Shown here in pieces: positions 25,367 through 34,265 of a stretch of DNA of 57,251 nt (within the stretch, counting starts at the first letter, position 1; the number at the start of each line of letters is the position of its first letter). This DNA comes from Vicinamibacterales bacterium. GTDB taxonomy: Bacteria > Acidobacteriota > Vicinamibacteria > Vicinamibacterales > SCN-69-37. A model generated the notes under the pieces. The model saw only the letters and a program-made list of their open reading frames with translations, was not told where the DNA came from and did no database searches. Made by a program: the position numbers and the translations under genes. The stretch is taken from the NCBI GenBank assembly GCA_036274235.1, contig DASUGC010000226.1:1-57251 (forward strand), written 5' to 3'.

Positions 25367-26707
25367 CGCCGCCATCGCGCTGATTTCGGCGGCGGCGCGT
25401 TGGCCGCTTTCGACGGCGCCTTCCATGTAGCCCTGGGCGTCGAGGCTCGTGTGCTCGCCGGCAAAGAGCACGCGGCCGAAGGGCCGCGCGAGCCATTCGC
25501 GCAAACCCGGGTCGAAGCCGGTGTGAAATGCCGCGTATCCGCCGCCGGCCCAGGGGTCGTTCTCCCACGTGATCGCCCGAGCCGAGATGAGTTTCGACGG
25601 GCGGCCCAGCCAGCCAAGACGCCGGACCACCGCCTGCGGTCCGCCCCGCGCCAGCAGCCGCTGCAGTTCGGCCGACGCGCTTCCGCCGGCCAGCAGGCTC
25701 AGAATCGCCGTCTTGCCGTGCTGCTCTTCGTTGCCGTCCCAGACCGCGCCCGTCGGCTGGTCGGAGGCGAACAAACTTGGCTGGCGCCGGCGGCGCCAGA
25801 AACGGGACGCGAACTGCAGCGTCAGCCGCGTGGCGGGCCCCATGTGCAGTTCCCGAATGGCCTGCTGCTGTGGGCGTGGCAGCCCCGGCTCGAAGATGAT
25901 GCGCCGCAACGGCACGGGCGGCAGCGTGCAAATCAGCGCGTCAGCCCGAACGTCCGTGCGGCCCGTCGGCGTATCCACGGTGACCGTCACGCCGGAACGT
26001 CCGGCACGCACGCGGCGCAGCACCGTTCTCAGATGAATCGGACTGTCCAGCGTGGCCGCCAGGGCTGTCGCGAGCTGGTCGTTGCCGCCGACGACGCGTT
26101 GCATGACGCTGTCGCCCCCGAACGGATCGTCGGCGAAGAAATCCACGAGCGCGAGGAGCGACAGTTCCTCGGGGTCCGCGAGAAACAAACCGCGAAAACC
26201 GCGAAACCGCGAGATGAGCTGTTCGATCTCGCCGCGGCTGCGATCCGTGCAGATCGAGCGTACCCAGTCCGAAACCGATCGCTGCGACAGCCGGCCGGCG
26301 ATGGGCCCGTCCCAGCGCTGCGCCGCCAGCTTGTAGTCCCGGACCAGCGAGGCCAGCGCTTCATTGATGGGCGCGAAGCCGTCGAATGCCGACTGCCGCC
26401 GGACCCGTCCGGCGCGATCGGGCCCGTAGTACCCGAAGCCGCGTTTGAGGATCGGCACGAGGCTCAGGCGAAGACGCTTAGCAAGCTGGCAGGCGTTTTC
26501 CTGATCAGATTCGATGAGGTCCGCGCCGCCCTCCGCGTGTTGTCGTCCTGTAAATCCCTCGCGGAGTGTCACCACCCGGCCGCCGACGCGATCGCGCGCT
26601 TCGATAATGGTGGCGCGCATCCCGCGATCTTCGAGTTCACGGGCAGCGGACAAACCGGCCATCCCGGCCCCGGCGATGAGAATGTGCAGGGACATGGGAT
26701 CGAGCAT
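25361..26707 (-). CDS. FAD-dependent amine oxidase family protein
   Basis: Dinucleotide fold ILIAGAGMAGLSAARELEDRGMRATIIEARDRVGGR and a C-terminal LFAGEHTS motif. An alternative start lies at 26695. Confidence 0.85.
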   Translation of the reverse strand: MLDPMSLHILIAGAGMAGLSAARELEDRGMRATIIEARDRVGGRVVTLREGFTGRQHAEGGADLIESDQENACQLAKRLRLSLVPILKRGFGYYGPDRAGRVRRQSAFDGFAPINEALASLVRDYKLAAQRWDGPIAGRLSQRSVSDWVRSICTDRSRGEIEQLISRFRGFRGLFLADPEELSLLALVDFFADDPFGGDSVMQRVVGGNDQLATALAATLDSPIHLRTVLRRVRAGRSGVTVTVDTPTGRTDVRADALICTLPPVPLRRIIFEPGLPRPQQQAIRELHMGPATRLTLQFASRFWRRRRQPSLFASDQPTGAVWDGNEEQHGKTAILSLLAGGSASAELQRLLARGGPQAVVRRLGWLGRPSKLISARAITWENDPWAGGGYAAFHTGFDPGLREWLARPFGRVLFAGEHTSLDAQGYMEGAVESGQRAAAEISAMAAS

Positions 26708-26712
26708 AAATC

Positions 26713-26761
26713 GAGGCCGGGGCTCATTTCCGGTCCCACCAGGGAAATGAGCCCCGGCCTC
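26713..26761. repeat. Palindromic element, 19-bp perfect arms (GAGGCCGGGGCTCATTTCC)
   Basis: 26713-26731 is the exact reverse complement of 26743-26761, with an 11-nt loop. It lies 6 nt upstream of the amine-oxidase start in a divergent spacer. The arm is 18/19 identical to 31481-31499. Confidence 0.9.
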
Positions 26762-26879
26762 CTGATCTCACGAAATTGAGATTGGGCGCACAGTCCTTGT
26801 CGGTGCCGGCGCATTACGCGCGGCCGGATGTCAGGAAACCGTCGCCCGTGTCTGGCACTGCTATTGCCAAAATTGCCCG

Positions 26880-27269
26880 GTGGCCCACGGACTGGGAGGA
26901 CCCCAGCAGTATCGCGGACGAGACCAGCGGAGGTCGCCGCGCGTCGATGTCTTTATGCGCGTCCGCGGCGAGCTGGTGTCCCTTAACACCCCGATCGTCA
27001 TCCATGACCTCAGCCGCACCGGCTTCTCCGTAGTCAGCCAGACCCCGTTCGAGAAAGGGCAGGCGCTGGACTTTCGCCTGATGGGCGATGACGGGCCGGG
27101 GGTCAAGGTCACCGCCTGCGCAGTTCACAGCCGGCCCGTACAGGGGTCGCCAGGCCTGCATCGGAGCGGTTTCATGTTCATTCCGGGCCAGCTCACGGGC
27201 CTGGTCCCGCAAGCTTCCATCGACCAGCTGATCGACGCCGTCTCCGTTGTCAGTTCCTGCCTTACCTAG
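26880..27269 (+). CDS. PilZ domain protein (c-di-GMP receptor type)
   Basis: 129 aa with a GTG start. RRSPRVDV (RxxxR) followed by DLSRTGFSV (D/NxSxxG). Confidence 0.7.
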   Translation: MAHGLGGPQQYRGRDQRRSPRVDVFMRVRGELVSLNTPIVIHDLSRTGFSVVSQTPFEKGQALDFRLMGDDGPGVKVTACAVHSRPVQGSPGLHRSGFMFIPGQLTGLVPQASIDQLIDAVSVVSSCLT

Positions 27270-27367
27270 GCCCTGTCAAAGCTACAGCGCCTTCCGACCC
27301 ACCCCTGTCAGTTTCCGGCCAGATTGCGATGGCACTCCGTTTGCTATGGCTGTGGCCGGAGTTTGCA

Positions 27368-27484
27368 ATGCACGTCGAATCCCCGCCGTTTGCCGCCATC
27401 GTCGTTCAGCTTCTGGTCCGCGCCACGGGCATTGCCCTGATCGGCTCGGTCCTGCTGATCGCGGCGGTCACGCTGTCACGCTAG
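27368..27484 (+). CDS. Candidate small hydrophobic peptide (38 aa)
   Basis: Not in the ORF track because it is under 60 aa. GGAG lies at 27358-27361, 6 nt before the ATG. Translation is MHVESPPFAAIVVQLLVRATGIALIGSVLLIAAVTLSR, with one predicted TM helix. Confidence 0.3.
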   Translation: MHVESPPFAAIVVQLLVRATGIALIGSVLLIAAVTLSR

Positions 27485-27495
27485 AAAGACCTCGG

Positions 27496-27652
27496 GAGTC
27501 GTTTTCCCCGGAAAAGACAACTGCGGTTGGCGTTTGGCGCCACCCCGGACCGGAGGTGTCATCTGAGTCTGCCTGGGCGGGTTCTCTCGCGCCTGTCCCG
27601 GACGCTTGGCGCCCGCACAAACGCCCGGGGCTCGCGCCGGGAAAACGACCTC
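27496..27652. other. Nested imperfect inverted repeats (candidate structured RNA or palindromic element)
   Basis: Outer arms GAGTCGTTTTCCCCGG (27496-27511) and CCGGGAAAACGACCTC (27637-27652) match at about 14 of 16 positions. An inner stem pairs GGCGTTTGGCGCC (27529-27541) with GGCGCC…AAACGCC (27608-27625), 13 bp with a 5-nt bulge. Confidence 0.45.
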
Positions 27653-27673
27653 AAAAGGTCCTAACATTGATCC

Positions 27674-28162
27674 GTGGCTCCGAGTCAGTTTCTTGCGCTC
27701 GGCTGGGTCCTGCTGACGATCGCGCCGGCCGCGGTCCCCATCTATTCGCCGCAGGCCAAGACTCTCCACTTCTATGTGAAGACCGACGAGGGCGGGGAGC
27801 GGAAAGATCTGGAGGCGCGTCGCGAATCAGTGTCTGACGTGACGGCAGCTCTGGCGGCTAAGAAGAAGGTGCTCACGGCCGCCGAGGGGGAGGCCGGCGC
27901 AGACGTCTTGATTGAGGTGATCGAGCGGTCTGTCTACGTGCCCAAGGTCGTCATGGGCCTCAACCCCAGGCCCGGAGACCCTTCGTCCATTCCGGGGATG
28001 ATCGCGCCGGTCCGCTCGCCCGTGCTGCGCGTACGCGTGACGCGCGGGCCCGTGGCGATTGTGTTCACCAACAAGAACAAGCCGCCGGAATCCCTGCGCG
28101 GATGGCAGGAGGCGGCCAGCGACGTGGCCGGCCAAATCGAGAAGTGGCTCAGGACTAAATAG
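27674..28162 (+). CDS. Hypothetical exported protein
   Basis: 162 aa with a GTG start and a hydrophobic N-terminus (FLALGWVLLTIAPAAV). No family recognised. Coding-like composition. Confidence 0.5.
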   Translation: MAPSQFLALGWVLLTIAPAAVPIYSPQAKTLHFYVKTDEGGERKDLEARRESVSDVTAALAAKKKVLTAAEGEAGADVLIEVIERSVYVPKVVMGLNPRPGDPSSIPGMIAPVRSPVLRVRVTRGPVAIVFTNKNKPPESLRGWQEAASDVAGQIEKWLRTK

Positions 28163-28184
28163 CGCAGCCGGTCGATCCAGGGCA

Positions 28185-28190
28185 TATAAT
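28185..28190 (+). promoter_or_regulatory. Consensus -10-like hexamer TATAAT
   Basis: TATAAT lies 38 nt upstream of the amidase ATG, and a GGAGAGG Shine-Dalgarno sits at 28218-28224. No good -35 is seen. Promoter rules for this lineage are unknown to me. Confidence 0.3.
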
Positions 28191-28227
28191 CCGCAAATTC
28201 CACGATCCCCTCGCCCTGGAGAGGCAT

Positions 28228-30201
28228 ATGACGTTTCACGACGAGCACGACCTGCTGGATCAGGCGCAGATTGACGCGACCGCCGAGGCCGACGCGCAGG
28301 GCCTGGAGGGTTTCGATCGTCGCCGCTTTATTTTCATGTCGCTCGTCGCGACCGCGGCGAGCACGTTTGGATTTGGCGCCAGAGCGCTGGCGCAGACGCC
28401 GCCGGCGGGCGGCGGGCGCGCGGGTGGCGCCGGCCAGGGCCAGGCCACCCCGGCCGTGGCGCTCGGCAACGGCGAGGCCGTGTCGTGGACGTTCCAGCCG
28501 TATCCCTATGGGACCGGCGCGCTGATGGAAAAACTGATCAAGGAACGCGGCGCCGCGGCATTTGCGCGTGACGTGTTCACGGTGGAGAAGTGGACGGGCC
28601 CGGTGCCCACGACAGGCGAGGACATCGCGTTCCTGCCGGCGCACCGGCTGTCCGCCTTGCTCAAGGACCGCAAGATCACGTCCGCCGACCTCACGAAGAT
28701 CTATCTCGATCGCATCAAGAAATACGACCCGACGCTGCTCTGTGCCGTGACGATCATGGAAGACCAGGCGATGGCCGCGGCCGCGCGGGCGGACGCTGAG
28801 ATCAAGGCCGGCCGGTATCGCGGGCCGCTCCACGGCATTCCGTACGGGGTCAAAGATCTGTTCTCGACGAAGGGCGTGCGCACGACGTGGGGCGCAGGCG
28901 ATTTCGAGAATCGGATCATCGACGAGGATGCCGAGATCGTCGTGCGCCTGCGTGACGCCGGCGCCGTCCTGATGGCGAAGCTTGCGACGGGGTTGTTCGC
29001 CCAGGGCGATCAGTGGTACCGCGGCCGCACGAACAATCCGTGGGACATCCGGCGCGGATCGAGCGGATCGTCCGCGGGGCCGTCGTCGGCGACGGCGGCG
29101 GGATGCGTCGCGTTCGGCATCGGGACGGAGACGTCCGGATCGATCGTGTCGCCGGCGCGTGAATGCGGGCTGAGCGCGCTCCGGCCCACCTACGGACGCG
29201 TGAGTCGTCATGGCGGGATGGTGCTCGCCTGGTCGCAGGATCGCGTGGGGCCCATCTGCCGCACCGTCGAGGACTGCGCGATGGTGTTCAACGTGCTGCA
29301 CGGCGTGGATCCCAAGGATCCGTCAACAGTCATGACGCCGTTCCATTTTGATCGCGCGATCAAATTGTCCACGCTCAAGATCGGGGTTGACGCCGGCGCA
29401 CCGAAGGAATTTGTGGACGGGCTCAAGGAGCTGGGCGCCGTACCGAAGGAATTGGGGCCGCGGCCTGGCGGGGGCGGAGGCGGACTCGGCGTTGAATCGG
29501 CCGCGGCGTTCGATTTCTACGTCGTCGCCAAGGCGAAGGAATTTGGTTTCGATCTCGCCACACTGCAACCGCCGGCGCGCGGCGGCGGCGCGGGTGGTGG
29601 TGGCGGGCGCGCGGGTGGTCCGGGTGCGCCGGGCGGGGCAGGCGCCGATCCGGCTGCGGCAGCCGCTGGCGGAGCCGGAGCGTCGGCACCGGCGCCAGGA
29701 GCCGGTCGCGCGGGCGGCGGCGGTGGCGGTGGCCGCGGCAGTTCAGGACGCGCGACGAGCATGGCCGATCTGACGCGCTGGACGAATGGCCGGTTCACCT
29801 ACGCGTTCGATTTCATCAACGCGCAGCGACGCCGTCAGATCCTGATCACGCAGATGGCGGAGCTGCTCAAGGACCTTGATATGTACGTCCCCGGCAACGG
29901 GTACGACGTCGGATTGCACGCCTCGACGGGCCATCCGGCGGTTGTGGTGCCGTACAAGTTCGATTCACAGCCCGCCGGCGGCGGCGGACGCGGAGGTGGC
30001 GCCGCGGGGGCCGCCGGAGCGGCAGGAGCTGGGGGTGCTGCGGCGACGCCGACGCCCACGCCGACGCCCGTCGTCTACAACAAGCAGCCGATTTGCGCGG
30101 TCATCGCCGGGAATCTGTACAACGACGACAAGATCCTGTCGGTCGCGCACCAGTACCAGATCAAGCACGATTGGCATACGAGGAAGCCGACGATTGCGTA
30201 A
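28228..30201 (+). CDS. Amidase-signature (AS) family amidase with twin-arginine signal and Gly/Ala-rich insertions
   Basis: Tat motif FDRRRFIF followed by ALA|Q. AS core: VKDLFSTKG, GSSGSSAG and GTETSGSIVSPA. 657 aa, which is long for the family because of low-complexity segments. Confidence 0.9.
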   Translation: MTFHDEHDLLDQAQIDATAEADAQGLEGFDRRRFIFMSLVATAASTFGFGARALAQTPPAGGGRAGGAGQGQATPAVALGNGEAVSWTFQPYPYGTGALMEKLIKERGAAAFARDVFTVEKWTGPVPTTGEDIAFLPAHRLSALLKDRKITSADLTKIYLDRIKKYDPTLLCAVTIMEDQAMAAAARADAEIKAGRYRGPLHGIPYGVKDLFSTKGVRTTWGAGDFENRIIDEDAEIVVRLRDAGAVLMAKLATGLFAQGDQWYRGRTNNPWDIRRGSSGSSAGPSSATAAGCVAFGIGTETSGSIVSPARECGLSALRPTYGRVSRHGGMVLAWSQDRVGPICRTVEDCAMVFNVLHGVDPKDPSTVMTPFHFDRAIKLSTLKIGVDAGAPKEFVDGLKELGAVPKELGPRPGGGGGGLGVESAAAFDFYVVAKAKEFGFDLATLQPPARGGGAGGGGGRAGGPGAPGGAGADPAAAAAGGAGASAPAPGAGRAGGGGGGGRGSSGRATSMADLTRWTNGRFTYAFDFINAQRRRQILITQMAELLKDLDMYVPGNGYDVGLHASTGHPAVVVPYKFDSQPAGGGGRGGGAAGAAGAAGAGGAAATPTPTPTPVVYNKQPICAVIAGNLYNDDKILSVAHQYQIKHDWHTRKPTIA

Positions 30202-30205
30202 ATCC

Positions 30206-30244
30206 GGGCCGGGTCTATTTTCTTCAAGAAAATAGGCCCGGCCC
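30206..30244 (+). terminator. Hairpin after the amidase gene; possibly a distant member of the GGCCGGGGCTCATTTCC family
   Basis: GGGCCGGGTCTATTTTCTT pairs with AAGAAAATAGGCCCGGCCC (one G-T pair), 5 nt after the stop. The arm resembles 26715-26730 (GGCCGGG[T/G]CT[-/C]ATTT). Confidence 0.55.
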
Positions 30245-30295
30245 CAATTTCCGTCCGTTGTCATATCCTCACCCTGTCTTGGGTGAGGCGTTCGC

Positions 30296-32671
30296 GTGAA
30301 GGTTGCCGTCATTGGGGGAGGGCCCGCGGGGCTCTACTTCTCGCTGTTGTTCAAGCAGGCGCGGCCTGACGCGGACATTACCGTCCTCGAGCGCAACCGG
30401 CCCGACGACACGTTCGGCTGGGGCGTGGTGTTTTCGGATCAGACGCTCGAGAACTTCCGCGCGGCAGATCGGCTGACGTTCGAGCGCATCACATCCAGCT
30501 TCGCGCACTGGGACGACATCGACGTCCACGTCGCTTCAGCAGGCCGCCAGGGGCGGCCGCGCGATCGCGTCATCACCTCCAGCGGCCACGGGTTTGCCGG
30601 CATCGCGCGCAAGAAACTGCTGAACATTCTGCAGACCCGTTGTGCCGATCTCGGGGTCTCGCTTCGATTCGAGTGCGAGCTGGCGAGCGACGCGGTTTTA
30701 CCACGGCTCGGCCTTGGCGATGCGGATGTCATCGTCGCCGCCGACGGCATTCACAGCGCGGTGCGCGCCAGGCATGCCGGCACGTTCCAGCCGGATCTCG
30801 CCGTCGGCAAGGCCAAATTCATCTGGCTCGGCACGACGTTTCCGTTTCAGGCGTTCACGTTTTATTTCGTCGAGAACGAGCACGGCGTCTTCCAGGCGCA
30901 CTGCTACCGGTTCGACGAGCACTTGTCCACGTTCATCGTCGAGTGCGACGAGGCGTCATGGCGGAGCGCCGGGTACGACAGGCTCGATCTGGATGGCACG
31001 GTCGCGGCCTGTGAGTCGCTCTTCGCCCCCTGGCTCAAGGGGCATCGTCTGATGACCAACGCGCGACATCTGTCGGCGCCGTGGGCGAACTTCACGCGTG
31101 TCCGCAATGCCGCGTGGTTTCACGGCAACATTGTCTTGATGGGCGATGCGGCCCACACGGCGCATTTCTCGATTGGATCCGGCACCAAGCTCGCCATGGA
31201 GGATGCCATTGCCCTCGCGCGCGAGCTGGCCACCGGCCGGCCGCTTGCCGACGCACTGACCGCGTACCAGGACGAACGGATGACCGAAGCCCTGCGGCTG
31301 CAGAACGCCGCGCGCAATTCGGCTGAGTGGTTCGAACATGTGAAGCGGTACATCAGGATGGAGCCGGAGCAGTTCACCTACTCCCTGCTGACGCGCAGCC
31401 AGCGCGTGAGCCACGAGAGCCTCCGGATGCGCGACGCGAGGTATCTCGAGGGCGTCGAGCGATGGTTTGCGGGGAAAACCGAGGTCGGGGCTCATTTCCA
31501 CCCTGTAGGGTACGGGCAGCCCCCTCACCCCAAGGGGTTGGAAATGAGCCCCGACCTCGGTTTTCCACCGCCACCCATGTTCACGCCCTTCACGCTGCGC
31601 GGCATGACCGTCGTCAACCGGGTGGTCGTCGCGCCGATGGACATGTACTCGGCCGATGACGGGACGCCCGGCGAGTTTCATCTGGCGCATCTCGGCACGC
31701 GTGCCATTGGTGGCGCCGGACTCGTCATGACGGAAATGACCTGCGTCTCTCCCGACGCCCGGATCACGCCAGGCTGCACGGGCATGTACAAGCCGGAGCA
31801 CGTCACGGCGTGGCGCCGCATCGTGGACTTCATCCACCGCGAGAGCCTCGCCAAGGTCTGCCTGCAGCTCGGTCACGCCGGCCCCAAGGGATCGACGAAA
31901 GTGCCCTGGCTCGGCGAAGACGTGCCGCTCGACGACGGGAATTGGCCGCTCGTGGCGCCGTCGGCGATTCGGTACGCGCCGCAATTGCCGATCCCGCGCG
32001 AAATGTCCCGGGCGGACATGGACCAGGTCCGCGATCAGTTCGTCGCCGCCGCGCGGATGGGGATCGATTGCGGCTTCGACATGATCGAGCTCCATTGCGC
32101 GCACGGGTATCTGCTGTCGGCGTTCATCACGCCCTTGAGCAATCAGCGCCAGGACGCCTACGGCGGGCCGGTCGAGCATCGCGTGCGTTTTCCCGTTGAA
32201 GTGTTCAAGGCGGTGCGCGCGGCCTGGCCCGCCGATCGACCGATGTCCGTACGCGTCTCGGCCACCGACTGGGTCGAGGGCGGCGTCACGGGCGACGAGG
32301 CCGTGGCGGTCGCCAAGGCGTTCATTGCCGCGGGTGTCGACATCGTGCACGTGTCAACCGGCCAGACGTCCAAGCAAGCGAAGCCGGTGTACGGCCGCAT
32401 GTATCAGACGCCGTTCAGCGACCAGATTCGGAACGAAACGCACTGTCCGACCATTGCCGTCGGCAACATTACTGATGCGGAGCAGGTCAACGCGATCATT
32501 GCCGCCGGCCGCGCCGACTTGTGCGCGTTGGGGCGGCCGCACCTGGCGGATCCGTACTGGACGCTGCACGCCGCGGCCGCGCTCGGCTACGCCGGGCAGG
32601 CCTGGCCGAACCAATACCTGACGGCGCGCCGCCAGCTCGAGCGGAATCTCGCGAAAGCGAGGCAGATGTGA
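30296..32671 (+). CDS. Bifunctional FAD monooxygenase / Old-Yellow-Enzyme reductase (2-aminobenzoyl-CoA monooxygenase/reductase or salicylyl-CoA 5-hydroxylase type)
   Basis: 791 aa with a GTG start. The N-terminal half is an aromatic-ring hydroxylase ([37 protein letters not shown]). The C-terminal half is OYE-like ([34 protein letters not shown]). Confidence 0.85.
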   Translation: MKVAVIGGGPAGLYFSLLFKQARPDADITVLERNRPDDTFGWGVVFSDQTLENFRAADRLTFERITSSFAHWDDIDVHVASAGRQGRPRDRVITSSGHGFAGIARKKLLNILQTRCADLGVSLRFECELASDAVLPRLGLGDADVIVAADGIHSAVRARHAGTFQPDLAVGKAKFIWLGTTFPFQAFTFYFVENEHGVFQAHCYRFDEHLSTFIVECDEASWRSAGYDRLDLDGTVAACESLFAPWLKGHRLMTNARHLSAPWANFTRVRNAAWFHGNIVLMGDAAHTAHFSIGSGTKLAMEDAIALARELATGRPLADALTAYQDERMTEALRLQNAARNSAEWFEHVKRYIRMEPEQFTYSLLTRSQRVSHESLRMRDARYLEGVERWFAGKTEVGAHFHPVGYGQPPHPKGLEMSPDLGFPPPPMFTPFTLRGMTVVNRVVVAPMDMYSADDGTPGEFHLAHLGTRAIGGAGLVMTEMTCVSPDARITPGCTGMYKPEHVTAWRRIVDFIHRESLAKVCLQLGHAGPKGSTKVPWLGEDVPLDDGNWPLVAPSAIRYAPQLPIPREMSRADMDQVRDQFVAAARMGIDCGFDMIELHCAHGYLLSAFITPLSNQRQDAYGGPVEHRVRFPVEVFKAVRAAWPADRPMSVRVSATDWVEGGVTGDEAVAVAKAFIAAGVDIVHVSTGQTSKQAKPVYGRMYQTPFSDQIRNETHCPTIAVGNITDAEQVNAIIAAGRADLCALGRPHLADPYWTLHAAAALGYAGQAWPNQYLTARRQLERNLAKARQM
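31473..31566. repeat. 94-bp palindromic (MITE/RPE-like) element, in frame inside a CDS
   Basis: GGAAAACCGAGGTCGGGGCTCATTTCCA (31473-31500) is the exact reverse complement of 31539-31566, with a 38-nt loop. It is translated as about 31 aa in the linker between the two enzyme halves. Confidence 0.9.
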
Positions 32672-33456
32672 GCGGCTGGCTTCGCGGACGGCACGCAGTG
32701 GTCACCGGAGGCGGCGGTGGACTTGGCGCGGCGATTGCCGCCGCGTTGGCGGCGGACGGCGCGAAGCTCACGCTGATGGGCCGCACAGCCGCCACGATCG
32801 AAACTCAGGCGCGAGCAATCCAGCGCTCATCGAGCGTCCAGGCGGCAGCGGTCGTCTGCGATGTCTCGGATCCGGACGCCGTCGCCCGCGCTTTTGCCCG
32901 CGCCGCCGAAGACTTCGGACCGGTCCAGGTACTGGTGAACAATGCCGGCGTGGCAGCGGCAGCAGCGTTTGCGGATACCACGCTGGAATCGTGGCGAGAG
33001 GTGATGGCCGTGAACCTGACGGGGACGTTCCTCTGCACCCGGCAGGCGCTGCCAAACATGCTCGTTGCCGCAGAAGGCCGCATCATTAATATCGCCTCGA
33101 CCGCCGGCCTCCACGGGTACGCGCGAGTGGCGGCGTACTGCGCGGCCAAGCACGGCGTGGTGGGACTGACACGCGCGCTGGCGGCGGAAACGGCTCGCAC
33201 GGGCGTCACGGTGAATGCGGTCTGTCCCGGCTATATCGAGGGCACCCCGATGCTGGAGTCCGCGATCGCGAACGTGTCGAAGGTCACGGGCAAATCCGTC
33301 GATGGCGCCCGTGCGGTTCTGGCCACACAGTCGCCCGGAGGCGCGTTCGTGACCGTGCGGGACGTGGCCGCCAAGGTGCGGTGGCTGTGTTCCGACCAGG
33401 CCGCGCGCACCACCGGACAGGCGATCATCGTGGGCGGCGACGAGAGCGCGTCATGA
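32668..33456 (+). CDS. Short-chain dehydrogenase/reductase (SDR)
   Basis: GTG at 32668, overlapping the upstream stop (GTGA). TGGGGGLG cofactor motif and catalytic YCAAK. Confidence 0.9.
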   Translation: MSGWLRGRHAVVTGGGGGLGAAIAAALAADGAKLTLMGRTAATIETQARAIQRSSSVQAAAVVCDVSDPDAVARAFARAAEDFGPVQVLVNNAGVAAAAAFADTTLESWREVMAVNLTGTFLCTRQALPNMLVAAEGRIINIASTAGLHGYARVAAYCAAKHGVVGLTRALAAETARTGVTVNAVCPGYIEGTPMLESAIANVSKVTGKSVDGARAVLATQSPGGAFVTVRDVAAKVRWLCSDQAARTTGQAIIVGGDESAS

Positions 33457-34265
33457 TTCCCACGCCGAAACATTTTGCATGGCACGTCGAGGATCGCGTC
33501 GCGACGATGACGCTCAATCGGCCGGAGCGCAAGAATCCGCTGACGTTTGAGTCGTATCGGGAGCTGATTGACACATTCCGCGCGCTCACGAACGAAAGAG
33601 ATATCCGCGCCGTGGTGCTCACGGGCGCCGGCGGCAACTTCTGTTCGGGCGGCGACGTCGAGGAAATCATTGGTCCGCTCGTGGCGATGCAGGCGAAGCG
33701 GGATCGCGAAGGGCTCCTGAAATTCACCACCATGACCGGCGATCTCGTGAAGAGCATGCGCGCCTGCCCGCAACCGATCGTGGCGGCCGTTGACGGCATT
33801 TGTGCCGGCGCCGGCGCGATTCTGGCCATGGCCAGCGACCTGCGCATCGGCACGGCGCGCAGCCGCGTCGGCTTCCTGTTCGTGCGAGTCGGGCTCTCCG
33901 GCGCGGACATGGGAGCCTGCGCCCTGCTTCCGCGCATCATCGGTCACGGCCGCGCCAGCGAACTGCTGTACACCGGCCGCTTCATGGACGGCGCCGAAGC
34001 GGAGCGGTGGGGGTTCTACAACCGCCTGGCCGATCCCGAAGCACTGCTGACGGCCGCGACGGATCTTGCGCGGACCCTGGCCAGCGGACCAACCGTCGCT
34101 CATGCGATCACCAAGCGATCGCTGCACGACGAGTGGGACATGAGCCTCGACGAGGCCATCACGGCCGAGGCGAACGCGCAGGCGCTGTGCATGGACACGA
34201 AGGATTTCGCTCGCGGCTATCGCGCCTTCCTGGACAAGCGCGCGCCGGCGTTCGAAGGGGACTGA
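33453..34265 (+). CDS. Enoyl-CoA hydratase/isomerase (crotonase) family
   Basis: ATG at 33453 (ATGA overlap). [16 protein letters not shown] and [12 protein letters not shown]. Confidence 0.9.
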   Translation: MIPTPKHFAWHVEDRVATMTLNRPERKNPLTFESYRELIDTFRALTNERDIRAVVLTGAGGNFCSGGDVEEIIGPLVAMQAKRDREGLLKFTTMTGDLVKSMRACPQPIVAAVDGICAGAGAILAMASDLRIGTARSRVGFLFVRVGLSGADMGACALLPRIIGHGRASELLYTGRFMDGAEAERWGFYNRLADPEALLTAATDLARTLASGPTVAHAITKRSLHDEWDMSLDEAITAEANAQALCMDTKDFARGYRAFLDKRAPAFEGD

